NCBI GenBank assembly: GCA_964608255.1
Contig: CAZSOD010000005.1
Span: 3,681 to 67,680 of the forward strand
Source of the DNA: an uncultured Ardenticatenaceae bacterium
GTDB lineage: Bacteria > Chloroflexota > Anaerolineae > Promineifilales > Promineifilaceae
DNA: 64,000 nucleotides
Direction: 5' to 3'
Shown: one piece after another, positions 48,130-57,118 of the stretch
Numbering within the stretch: the stretch's first letter is position 1
Layout: every line of letters starts with the position of its first letter
Translations under genes and position numbers: made by a program
The notes under the pieces: model-generated
The model's input: only the letters and a program-made list of their open reading frames with translations
Told to the model about the DNA's origin: nothing
Database searches by the model: none

Positions 48130-50508
48130 TTGCTTATGACCCCCCGCTGGCGCAACGCGCTTACGACCTGGCTGGCCGCGCTGGCGCTAGGGCTGATGTT
48201 CGCCCTGGCCGTCGGCAGCATGGTTGGCGACGCGCCTACCTTCGACGAGCAGGGCTTTCTCGTCCGCGGCCTGGCCTACCTCCGTGGGGAGGCCCGTGGC
48301 GGCAGCCGGGCCATCCGGGTCGGCCACCCGTTGGGCTTGAACGCTCTCAACGCCGCCCTCCTTGTCAACGATCCGGCGGTTCGCCTGCCGGCGGATTATC
48401 TGGCGTCGGGTGGCACGGATTTCCACCGGCCGGCCGAGTTGTTCCTGTGGGAGATTGGCAACCCGGTTGCCCACGTAATGTTCCTGGCCAGGCTGCCCAC
48501 TATATGGCTGGGGATGCTGCTGGCGGTCGCCGGCGGCCGCTGGGCAGGGAAAATGGCTGCCGGGTGGGGGCTGCGCCGCGGATTGGCGCGGGCCGCCGGG
48601 CTCGTCGCCCTGGTTCTGCTGGCGCTCGATCCCAACATGCTGGCTCATACCCGGCTGGTGACCACCGACCTCGGTCTGGCCGCCGGCGCAACCGTCGCCG
48701 GCTATACGCTGTGGCGCTGGCTGAAGCGGCCGTCGTGGGCGCGGGCGGCCGTGGCCGGCGTTAGCCTGGGTCTGTTGCAGAATACCAAATTCACGGCGCT
48801 GCTGTTCCTGCCTCTGTTCGCGCTGGTGATCCTGCTGGCGCTGGTCCTGCGGCGGCCGGCGCGGCGCGAACTGATATGGCTTACGGCGCAAGCGATCGCA
48901 ATTTACCCGCTCGCGGCGCTGCTAACGCTGTGGGCGACGAACGGTTTTCAGACGGGGCCGCTCCATTCACCGCTGCCATTCCTGGGAACCATAGGGGGCG
49001 CGGCGGTGCCCCTGTCGAACTATCTGGATCAACTACTCGACATCGGTGGGCGCTTGCAGGTGGGCACGCCAGCATTCCTGCTCGGCCGCTATTCGGATAC
49101 CGGCTGGTGGTACTACTTTCCGGTGGCCTTCGTTCTCAAGACGCCGCTACCAGCACTGCTGCTGCTTGGACTTAGCGCTTTTCGCGTAGCGAAGATGCTT
49201 CGCAACAACGCGCCACGCGAGCGCGCCATAGACGTGACCGCGTTGCTCATTCCGGCCCTCGGCTATTTTGCCATTGCCCTGACGACCGATATAAACCTTG
49301 GGTACCGCCACCTCCTGCCAGTGCTGCCGTTCCTGTACGTCCTGGTTGGCGTAGCGGCGGGGGAAGCGGGACGGGCGGCGCGACCCTTCTGGCGGCTGTG
49401 GCCGGGCTTCGCGGTGGGGGCGCTGGCGTGGCTGGCGGCGGCCACGCTGTGGATTTACCCTCACTTTTTGTCCTTTTTCAACGTCCTGGCCGGCGGGCCG
49501 GATAGTGGCTGGCAAGCGCTGGTGGACAGCAACATCGACTGGGGGCAGGACCTGGCCCGCCTGAAGTTGTGGCAGGATGCTCATAGTGGACAGCGTGTGT
49601 GGCTAAGCTACTTTGGCGAGGCGCGACCGGACTACTACGGCATCGCTTACGATGGCCTGGACAGTTTCCCACCCCGGCTCATGAATCCCAACGCGCGGCC
49701 GTTCTATCCCGCCGATCCGGCGCCGGGCTGGTACGCCATTAGCGCCACGACGCTGCAGGGCGTTCACTTTGCCAACCCCAACCAGTTCCGGGTCTTCCGG
49801 GAGCGCGCCCCGGATGACAAAATTGGCTACAGCATTTTTCTCTACTGGCAGCCGGCCCGCGGCGAGCCGGTCGATCTGCTACTGGGCAACACGCAGATCG
49901 ACGCCATCGCCCCAGCCGACTACGCTCGGCTAGGCACGAACGACGTCCGGCCGCGCTGGTTCGATAGCGCGCAGGCGGTCATCGTCCCCGATGGTACACG
50001 GCCGGCCTGGCTGGTGGCGTCGCCGGAAGCCTTACACCCGCTGCTTCGGGCTTATCTTCAACCGGCCGGGCTGCCGACTGCCAGCGATGGGGCTTACGCG
50101 ATGGGTCGAGTCGTCCCCCGGCCGCCACCGGAGCGGGGACGGCCCCTGGTGTTCCAGGGGCACACGGTGTTCTTCACCGGCGTGCCGGTGGTGCAGGTCG
50201 ACGATGGGGTGGTCACTGTCCTCTCTACCTGGCGGCAGGGCGGCGAGCCGCGGCCGATCAAGCTCTTTCTACATGTTCTGGACGAGAACGGGTTGATCGC
50301 TGCCCAGTGGGATGGTCTTGGCGCGGCGTGGGAGGGTTGGCGCGCGGAGGACACGCTGGCTCAGGTGCAGACTGTTGCCCTGCCCCCACAACTGCCTGCA
50401 GGAACCTATCGCCTTGTTACCGGTCTCTACGATCCTGAGACTAACCAAAGGTGGAGGTTTGCCGGCGGGCAAGACGTCGTACAATTGGGCCGGTTTACGG
50501 TTCGCTAG
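48130..50508 (+). CDS. GT-C fold glycosyltransferase (paralog of 41151..42887) with extra C-terminal domain
   Basis: APTFDE, GHPL, ARLP, PNMLAH..VTTD, GYRHLLP, DSNIDWGQDL; C-terminal LFLHVL..QWD..GTYRLVTGLY. Confidence 0.85.
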   Translation: MLMTPRWRNALTTWLAALALGLMFALAVGSMVGDAPTFDEQGFLVRGLAYLRGEARGGSRAIRVGHPLGLNALNAALLVNDPAVRLPADYLASGGTDFHRPAELFLWEIGNPVAHVMFLARLPTIWLGMLLAVAGGRWAGKMAAGWGLRRGLARAAGLVALVLLALDPNMLAHTRLVTTDLGLAAGATVAGYTLWRWLKRPSWARAAVAGVSLGLLQNTKFTALLFLPLFALVILLALVLRRPARRELIWLTAQAIAIYPLAALLTLWATNGFQTGPLHSPLPFLGTIGGAAVPLSNYLDQLLDIGGRLQVGTPAFLLGRYSDTGWWYYFPVAFVLKTPLPALLLLGLSAFRVAKMLRNNAPRERAIDVTALLIPALGYFAIALTTDINLGYRHLLPVLPFLYVLVGVAAGEAGRAARPFWRLWPGFAVGALAWLAAATLWIYPHFLSFFNVLAGGPDSGWQALVDSNIDWGQDLARLKLWQDAHSGQRVWLSYFGEARPDYYGIAYDGLDSFPPRLMNPNARPFYPADPAPGWYAISATTLQGVHFANPNQFRVFRERAPDDKIGYSIFLYWQPARGEPVDLLLGNTQIDAIAPADYARLGTNDVRPRWFDSAQAVIVPDGTRPAWLVASPEALHPLLRAYLQPAGLPTASDGAYAMGRVVPRPPPERGRPLVFQGHTVFFTGVPVVQVDDGVVTVLSTWRQGGEPRPIKLFLHVLDENGLIAAQWDGLGAAWEGWRAEDTLAQVQTVALPPQLPAGTYRLVTGLYDPETNQRWRFAGGQDVVQLGRFTVR

Positions 50509-50609
50509 GGCCGGTCACGACTGGCGCCGCGCGCATTCCGGGCGCGATAGCCGCTTGGTGTTGGCATTTTCGCGGTCACTTTCGGTTCTACTAGAAAGGA
50601 GTATACCCC

Positions 50610-52592
50610 ATGGGTTTTCATGGCGGCGGCTGGTGGGCTTACCTCAGCCACGATGAGGAACAGGACCGACCGGTCGTCACGCGCGACCTGTTGTGGCGCG
50701 TCTGGGACTTTGCCCGGCCCTATACGCGCCAGGTGGTTATGCTGCTGATCAGTATATTGTTGACGACGGCGATCACGCTCGTATCGCCGCTGCTCATGCG
50801 TTCGCTCATCGACGACGCGATCCCCAACGCCAACCGGCGGCTGCTCAATCTTCTGGCCGTGGGCCTGATAGCCGTTCCCGTGCTGAATGGCGTGGTCGGC
50901 GTCTGGCAGCGCGACCTGAGCGCGTTTGTGGGCGAGAGTGTCATCTTTGACCTGCGCGGCGCTGTCTACGCCCACTTCCAGCGCATGTCGCTGCGCTTCT
51001 TCACCCAGTCGCGCACCGGGGAGCTTATGTCGCGGCTCAACAACGATGTGGTTGGGGCGCAACAGGCAGTGAGCAACACGCTTATCTCCATTTTCTCCAA
51101 CATCGTACAGGTGATTGGTACGCTGGCGATCATGTTCGCCCTGGAGTGGCGGCTAACGTTGTTGGGGTTGGCGGTGTTGCCATTCTTCTATCTGCCGGCC
51201 CGCCGCATCGGCCGCGTGCTGCGCGACCTACGCCGCCGGTCGATGGTCCTCAACGCGGAGATGAACGCGACGATGAACGAAACGCTCAACGTCAGCGGCG
51301 CGTTGCTGGTCAAGCTTTTCGGCCGCGAGGAGCGGGAGTTGACCCGCTTCCGGCGCGACAGCGCCGCCGTGCGCGACCTTGGCGTGCGTCAGGCGGTTAT
51401 CGGCCGCTGGTTCTTCATGATCTTGAGCATCATCGGGGCGGTCGGCACGGCCGTTGTCTACTGGGTCGGCGGCTACCTGACTATGGAGGGGGCGTTTACC
51501 GTCGGCACCATCGTCGCTTTCGGCGCTTACCTGAGTCAGCTCTATGGGCCATTGATGGCGCTGACCAACGCGCCGGTCGAGTTTGCCCAAAGCATGGTCA
51601 GCTTCGAGCGCGTTTTTGAGGTACTCGACATCCCCCTGGAGATTGCCGAAGCGCCCGGCGCGACGCCTTTGCGCGACGTGGCCGGCAGCATCACCTTTGA
51701 TCACGTTACCTTTGACTATGGGTCGCTTGGCAGCGGGCAGCGTGGCGGGCTGACCGAGGTGGTGCGCTATGAGTGGGGCGGCAGCGAGACGCTGCTGCGG
51801 CGCGGCCGGGGTCGCCAGCCAAAATCAGTCGCTTTTGCCCCGAAGCCCAATGGTTCCGGCATCGAAGACGGCAATGGCGCGGAAGCGGTTGCCGAGCGAC
51901 GCGTGGCGCTAAGCGACGTTGACTTCCACATCGAGCCGGGCCAGCTGGCGGCGCTGGTCGGGCCGAGCGGTGCGGGCAAGACGACGATCACCTACCTGAT
52001 TCCGCGCCTCTACGACCCAACGGGCGGGCAGGTGGCGATCGACGGCCGCGACCTGCGGTCTGTCACGCTGCAATCGCTGGCGGAGAACATCGGCATGGTG
52101 ACGCAAGAGACGTACCTGTTCTACGATACCGTGCGCGCCAATTTGCTCTATGCCCGGCCCGATGCCACCGAGGCCGAGATGATCGCCGCGGCCCGCGCGG
52201 CCAACATCCACGATTTCATTGCTGGATTGCCGGACGGCTATGAAACGGTCGTCGGCGAACGCGGCTACCGGTTGAGCGGCGGCGAAAGGCAACGGGTGGC
52301 CATCGCCCGCGTCATTCTGAAGAACCCGCGCATTCTCGTGTTGGACGAGGCCACGTCGCATCTGGACTCGCTATCGGAAGCGCTCATCCAGGAGGCGTTG
52401 CAGCACGTGATGGAGGGGCGCACCAGCCTGGTCATCGCCCACCGCCTGTCGACCATCCTGGCCGCCGACGTCATCCTGGTGATGGAGAACGGGCGCCTGG
52501 TGGAACGGGGCACGCACGCCGAGTTGCTGGCCCGCGGCGGGCTGTATGCGTCGCTCTATGAGACGCAGTTCCGGCCAGAACCGCAGCTGTGA
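50610..52592 (+). CDS. ABC exporter, fused TMD-NBD
   Basis: Six-TM domain, GPSGAGKTT, LSGGERQR, ILVLDEATS, IAHRLST. Confidence 0.94.
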   Translation: MGFHGGGWWAYLSHDEEQDRPVVTRDLLWRVWDFARPYTRQVVMLLISILLTTAITLVSPLLMRSLIDDAIPNANRRLLNLLAVGLIAVPVLNGVVGVWQRDLSAFVGESVIFDLRGAVYAHFQRMSLRFFTQSRTGELMSRLNNDVVGAQQAVSNTLISIFSNIVQVIGTLAIMFALEWRLTLLGLAVLPFFYLPARRIGRVLRDLRRRSMVLNAEMNATMNETLNVSGALLVKLFGREERELTRFRRDSAAVRDLGVRQAVIGRWFFMILSIIGAVGTAVVYWVGGYLTMEGAFTVGTIVAFGAYLSQLYGPLMALTNAPVEFAQSMVSFERVFEVLDIPLEIAEAPGATPLRDVAGSITFDHVTFDYGSLGSGQRGGLTEVVRYEWGGSETLLRRGRGRQPKSVAFAPKPNGSGIEDGNGAEAVAERRVALSDVDFHIEPGQLAALVGPSGAGKTTITYLIPRLYDPTGGQVAIDGRDLRSVTLQSLAENIGMVTQETYLFYDTVRANLLYARPDATEAEMIAAARAANIHDFIAGLPDGYETVVGERGYRLSGGERQRVAIARVILKNPRILVLDEATSHLDSLSEALIQEALQHVMEGRTSLVIAHRLSTILAADVILVMENGRLVERGTHAELLARGGLYASLYETQFRPEPQL

Positions 52593-52605
52593 GCAGCAAG
52601 CGGGT

Positions 52606-54405
52606 TTACCTTCGCAAGAAGGGCAGGAACACCGATTGGTCCATTCCCGGCCGCGCAACGTCGAGGAACGCCGCCGTCACCGGGCCCCAGTGGCCCTCCA
52701 CGTCCTGGCCGCGAATGTAGAGGAGATGGCGGCCGGGAGCGACCGCGGAAACATCCACCAGACCGCCAACGGTCTCCAGCGTCGCGTCGAATATACCGTC
52801 GGCCGGGGCAAGCGCCGTGCCCGGCACTCCGGGTTGCCAGGGGGGCGTGTCAATCGTATAGGCGGCGTAAGCGATCCGCTGTCCGCCACTGAAGTAGTCG
52901 CTGATGGTGGCGGTCAGTTCGCGCGCCGGCCCTATCCCTGACACGACGACGTCGACCACATCCGGCCCCAACGCCGTTACATAGGGCGTCCGGGCGATCT
53001 TGGCCGCATAAAGCAGCGCCGGTCGGTTTTCCGGCCACTGCTGCGCGTCGATAACATCATAGGGAGGCATGAACTGGTCGCCAATCTCAAAGGTGAATGC
53101 AGGGATGCCTAATTCGCCATACGCCCAGTCATCCGTTGCCCCGGATGCGGCGTAAAGGCACTCCGTGGGCTGGCAGGACAAATAGTCATTATAAGCGGCC
53201 ATCCGGTCGGCAATCGCCTTGAGTCCCGTATCGTTAGGCGCATCGTGGTAAATATTGCCCCAGGGATAGAGCACCAGATTGCTGAAACTGTGAAGCGTGA
53301 TTAGCAGGCCCGTCGTGTCGTCCGGCGCGGCGTCGTCCAGGCCGGGCCCGCGCTGGTCGGCGACGAGCGCTCGAACGAGGGTTTCTAGTTGGGCCACCTC
53401 ACTTTCGGATGCGGGCCCCGCGCCGCGATACGTCAGGTCACAGGGGGCGCTGCTCGACCCCAGTCCGCCCCAACCGAAGCTGTGGTTGCGGTTCAGGTCG
53501 ATGCCAAACTGGGGGCCAGCGCCCGGCTCAAAGGCGCTGGGCGGCCACGAGTCGCAGTCGGGCGCGCCGTCGCTGTCACCGTCGTTGTTGGCGTTCTTGC
53601 GCTGATAGAAGGCGCGGCCGCCGTACTCCGGCCGCTCGCCTAGCTCGACAAGCCAGCGGCCGTCCGGGTTCACCATGGGCGCAATCCAGATTTCGTGGTT
53701 GTCAACGAGCCATGTCACGTCAGCATCAACGCCGTAGCCGTCGAGCAGCAGATCGAAGAAACGCATCGCCAGTTCCGGCGTGGTGATCTCCCGCGCATGG
53801 ATGCCGGCCATCAAGAAGAAAACGGGCTTCTGGCCGCGCGTCACCGTGCCATCGGCGGCGATGGTCGAACTTCCGGCGACGGCCTCGTTGGTGACGCGGA
53901 TAGCCTGTAGTGGGTAACCGTCGAGAGGGGCTCCGCCAGGGATGGCGCAGCCACCGCGCTCCAGGCAGTAGCTCTGGCCGTAGGTGACAAGTTCGATCAG
54001 CTCAGGGCGGCCCGCGGCGGCTGTCGCCAGATCGGCATACAACTCATCCAAGGTGCGATAGCCGTTTTTCAGGCGGCCAATGTGGCCGGGCGACTGGCGC
54101 ATCTCGGCCGTAGCTGCGGGGTCCGGGGCGACGCGCCAGCCCCGGCGCATTAGCTGCGACTCCCCAACGGCATCTGTCGCCACCAGGACGTAACGCTCGG
54201 CCAGGTTGTTATATTCCCACAGGTCAAAGCGGCTCAGCCGCGTGAGCGAGCGAAAGTCCTCGTAATAAACGCGCAAGACAGAGGGGCCATTGTCGAATAG
54301 GGCGGGCTGGGCCTGGAGGCGCGCCACAACGACGCTGAAGATCAGCGCAGCGATAAACAGGACGACAACGCGGGTAGTTTCACGCGCCGGGCGGCGGCCA
54401 GCCAA
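52606..54405 (-). CDS. Secreted M14 zinc carboxypeptidase
   Basis: Signal peptide, GIHARE, NPDG, RKN, DLNRN, LHSFS, FTFEIG; C-terminal VFLPFLRR. Confidence 0.9.
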   Translation of the reverse strand: MAGRRPARETTRVVVLFIAALIFSVVVARLQAQPALFDNGPSVLRVYYEDFRSLTRLSRFDLWEYNNLAERYVLVATDAVGESQLMRRGWRVAPDPAATAEMRQSPGHIGRLKNGYRTLDELYADLATAAAGRPELIELVTYGQSYCLERGGCAIPGGAPLDGYPLQAIRVTNEAVAGSSTIAADGTVTRGQKPVFFLMAGIHAREITTPELAMRFFDLLLDGYGVDADVTWLVDNHEIWIAPMVNPDGRWLVELGERPEYGGRAFYQRKNANNDGDSDGAPDCDSWPPSAFEPGAGPQFGIDLNRNHSFGWGGLGSSSAPCDLTYRGAGPASESEVAQLETLVRALVADQRGPGLDDAAPDDTTGLLITLHSFSNLVLYPWGNIYHDAPNDTGLKAIADRMAAYNDYLSCQPTECLYAASGATDDWAYGELGIPAFTFEIGDQFMPPYDVIDAQQWPENRPALLYAAKIARTPYVTALGPDVVDVVVSGIGPARELTATISDYFSGGQRIAYAAYTIDTPPWQPGVPGTALAPADGIFDATLETVGGLVDVSAVAPGRHLLYIRGQDVEGHWGPVTAAFLDVARPGMDQSVFLPFLRR

Positions 54406-54408
54406 TGG

Positions 54409-54513
54409 TTAGCCCCGACTGCGGTTGCGGGCGCGACCCAATTTGGGGAGAAGAATCGCGGCCAGCATCAGCAAGATGAAGATGGCGAAGATGACGGTTC
54501 CAACGGGATCCAT
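54409..54513 (-). CDS. Small single-TM peptide (34 aa, not in ORF track)
   Basis: GGAGG RBS 9 nt before ATG; MDPVGTVIFAIFILLMLAAILLPKLGRARNRSRG; stop 3 nt before the peptidase TTG. Confidence 0.6.
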   Translation of the reverse strand: MDPVGTVIFAIFILLMLAAILLPKLGRARNRSRG

Positions 54514-54668
54514 GGGTCTATGCCTCCAGAGCGGGTTGTCAGTTTGGTCTTGGAGCCGATTATAAGCCTCAAGGCGGCGATCGGGTATATAAGCTTTGCC
54601 GCGCGGCAGAGAATGTGATAAACTGAAAAACTGTCAAGAAAACCAAGAGACGAAGGGGGTGAATTACT

Positions 54669-54872
54669 CTGCCTAAGGTAACGCTTCGACCCGATGAGTC
54701 CGGCGAACAACTGCTCCGGCGGTTCAGCCGCGAGGTCGTGAAAAGTCGCGTACTGACCGACGTGCGCCGCAAGCGCTGGTTCGTATCCAAAAGCGAACTG
54801 ACTCGCATCGCCAAGAAGAAGGCGGCGCGCCGCACGCGCAAGTCGCAGAAAGAGCAGCAGCAAGGCGTCTAG
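54669..54872 (+). CDS. rpsU: 30S ribosomal protein bS21 (CTG start; not in ORF track)
   Basis: (M)PKVTLRPDESGEQLLRRFSREVVKSRVLTDVRRKRWFVSKSELTRIAKKKAARR; GGGGGTGA RBS; in-frame TGA at 54660. Confidence 0.92.
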   Translation: MPKVTLRPDESGEQLLRRFSREVVKSRVLTDVRRKRWFVSKSELTRIAKKKAARRTRKSQKEQQQGV

Positions 54873-54910
54873 TTTGCGGGTCGATCCCCTTCGTAGACGA
54901 AGCTAACAAG

Positions 54911-54938
54911 GTAGGGGCGGGTCTTGGACCCGCCCTTT
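54911..54938 (+). terminator. Hairpin after rpsU (terminator; GTAG-REP-like)
   Basis: GTAG-GGGCGGGTC-ttg-GACCCGCCC-TTT. Confidence 0.6.
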
Positions 54939-55041
54939 CCGTTTGTATCAGAGAGACGAGCCTAAACCCGCGCCTGCCGCGTGGCGAACCCCCTTTCTTT
55001 TCAGGCGCGCGTGATACAATTCGCGACACGAGAACGACCTC

Positions 55042-55560
55042 ATGTATCTCCTCGACTCCCTCAGAAGTTATCTGACACTAATTCTTGGCCTGGCCGGCGG
55101 GTTGCTCCTGGCTTTATGGTTGGCGGTGACCATCTGGGCTTATCGCGACATGCGCGGCCGTTCGCGTTCCCGGCTGGCCGCCCTGGCAACCGTCCTTATC
55201 GTGTTCCTGCTGCCTGTTGTGGGACTGGTCATTTACCTGCTGCTGCGGCCGCGCGAGACACTGAGCCAGGCCTACGACCGGGCGCTGGAGCAGGAAGCGC
55301 TGCTGCAACAGATCGAGGACAAGCCCGTTTGCCCCACGTGCGCCCGGCCCACAGAGCGGGCGTGGTTCCTTTGCCCTACCTGTCACACCCACCTGCGCCA
55401 GCCTTGCCCGAACTGCCGTTCGCCCCTCGAACTCCACTGGGATATCTGCCCCTACTGTGGTTACCTCTTCGAACCCGAATCTGGGGCGGTCGCCACCACC
55501 GACGAGCCGCCCTACCCACCCGAGGTCGCAACCGAGGGAGCCTCCGCAACTGCGGACTGA
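55042..55560 (+). CDS. Membrane protein with double zinc ribbon
   Basis: WAYRD..LPVVGLVIYLLLRP (PLDc_N-like) followed by four CPxC motifs. Confidence 0.85.
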   Translation: MYLLDSLRSYLTLILGLAGGLLLALWLAVTIWAYRDMRGRSRSRLAALATVLIVFLLPVVGLVIYLLLRPRETLSQAYDRALEQEALLQQIEDKPVCPTCARPTERAWFLCPTCHTHLRQPCPNCRSPLELHWDICPYCGYLFEPESGAVATTDEPPYPPEVATEGASATAD

Positions 55561-55623
55561 CAAGCACAGAGGAACCTGCTTTCAGCCTTAACACCGCTAT
55601 AAACGGTGGACGCTTCTATCCTT

Positions 55624-57009
55624 TCAGGCGAACTGCGGTAGGTAGCCGGCAAAGGTAATCAGGTAGTCATCGAGGATGGCCCGAGCGCGACCGATGTCGT
55701 TGATCATGGGGTCGAGCAGCAGGGCTTGCAGCGCCAGCCCCCGGTCGCCCGAAACCGCGGCATCGACCACGCGCTCCACCAGCGCCGCTTCCCGCCGGCA
55801 TAGCTCCGCCACTGGCTCCGGCAGCGGTCCCACCTGAAGCGGCGCGATCCCCGCCGGCCCGACCACAGCCGGCACTTCCACCACGGTATCGTCCGGCAGA
55901 TTGGCGATCGCGCCCCGATTGGGGACGTTTACCGTCTCATCCAGGTAACTTGCCCCGCCGCCGAGGGCAGCGATAAGCTCGGCCGCGCCCTCGCTAGGCG
56001 CGTCGCGCAGGCCGTCCACGGGTAGCGCGCCGTCGGCCATCGACTGCATCATGATCTGCAATACCTCGCGCACGCCCTCGTTGCCGCCCCAGTCGTAGAG
56101 CGGAATCCGGTAGGATTCACACGGATTTGAGACGGGGTCGTGGAGCCAAGGCAGGTATTCCGCCAGATGCGTATCGCCGGCGATGGGCAAGATGCCGAAG
56201 ATGCGGAACAGGTCGAGCGACAACGGTTCCAGCGTCGCGGGGGCGGCGTCGATTGCGGCGCGAAGGGCGGGATAGAGGTCTTCGCCGGTGGTTTTGTCGT
56301 GGATATCCAGGAGCCAGATGAAATGATTGAGGCCGGCCGAGGTGATGGAAAAGCGCGCGCGACCGGCATCGGCCAGCGCGTGGGCGGTGGCGTAATTGCC
56401 GGGGTCGGAGCAAAGGTTAACATTGGCGGGCACGTCGATATTGTAGCGCTCGCGCAGCAGCGCGGCCGCCAGACCGTAGCCGACGTTGATCTGGTGGCAC
56501 TTGCCGACCGCCCGAATGGTCGTGTACTTGCTGATAGCCCGAAGGATGCGTGGCAGCGGGTTGCTGAAGAGAATAAGCCACGCCTGTGGGCAAAGCTCTT
56601 CCATGTCGCGCGCGATAGCTAGATGCTCTGGGATCTGGCGGCAGGCATGCATCAGACCGCCGGGGCCGCCGTTCTCGCCGTAAGGTTGCCGGAGGCCGTG
56701 GCGCAGTGGTATTTCCCAGTCAAGCCGCCATAGCTCCTCGCGCGGCGCGACCTCTATGGACACCACGACGTATGTCGCCTCAGGCAGGGCCTCGCGGCGC
56801 TCGGTGGTCGCGCTGATGGCCATTGCCGCGCCCCACGCGTCGCTCATGCGCCGGGCGACGCGGGCGGCGTTGTCCGCGCTGTGGCGATTCAGGTCAACCA
56901 GGACCAGTTCACTGCCGCGCAACTGCGGATGACGCAGAATGCTGGCCAGCGTTGTTGGGCCGAAGCTGGCGCTGCCGGCCCCGATAATGACGATTTTAGC
57001 TGCGGTCAT
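55624..57009 (-). CDS. Family 4 glycoside hydrolase (NAD+/Mn2+-dependent alpha-galactosidase/glucosidase)
   Basis: IIGAGSASFG, GPGG, FSNP, GKCH, AGLNHFIW, NVPNRGAI.NLP, ALLLDP. Confidence 0.9.
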   Translation of the reverse strand: MTAAKIVIIGAGSASFGPTTLASILRHPQLRGSELVLVDLNRHSADNAARVARRMSDAWGAAMAISATTERREALPEATYVVVSIEVAPREELWRLDWEIPLRHGLRQPYGENGGPGGLMHACRQIPEHLAIARDMEELCPQAWLILFSNPLPRILRAISKYTTIRAVGKCHQINVGYGLAAALLRERYNIDVPANVNLCSDPGNYATAHALADAGRARFSITSAGLNHFIWLLDIHDKTTGEDLYPALRAAIDAAPATLEPLSLDLFRIFGILPIAGDTHLAEYLPWLHDPVSNPCESYRIPLYDWGGNEGVREVLQIMMQSMADGALPVDGLRDAPSEGAAELIAALGGGASYLDETVNVPNRGAIANLPDDTVVEVPAVVGPAGIAPLQVGPLPEPVAELCRREAALVERVVDAAVSGDRGLALQALLLDPMINDIGRARAILDDYLITFAGYLPQFA

Positions 57010-57118
57010 TGGGTGGCTTCCATATTTAATTTACGAATTGGATTGCGCCCATTATACTTAGGCTGCCAAGAGAAGCTTCACAGAATGACGGCGGAGTCCA
57101 CCCGTAACGGAGGCAACA

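Noticed and set aside
54911-54938. GTAG-type REP element implying a RAYT system
   Set aside because: Only one clear copy and no RAYT transposase in the window; adequately explained as the rpsU terminator
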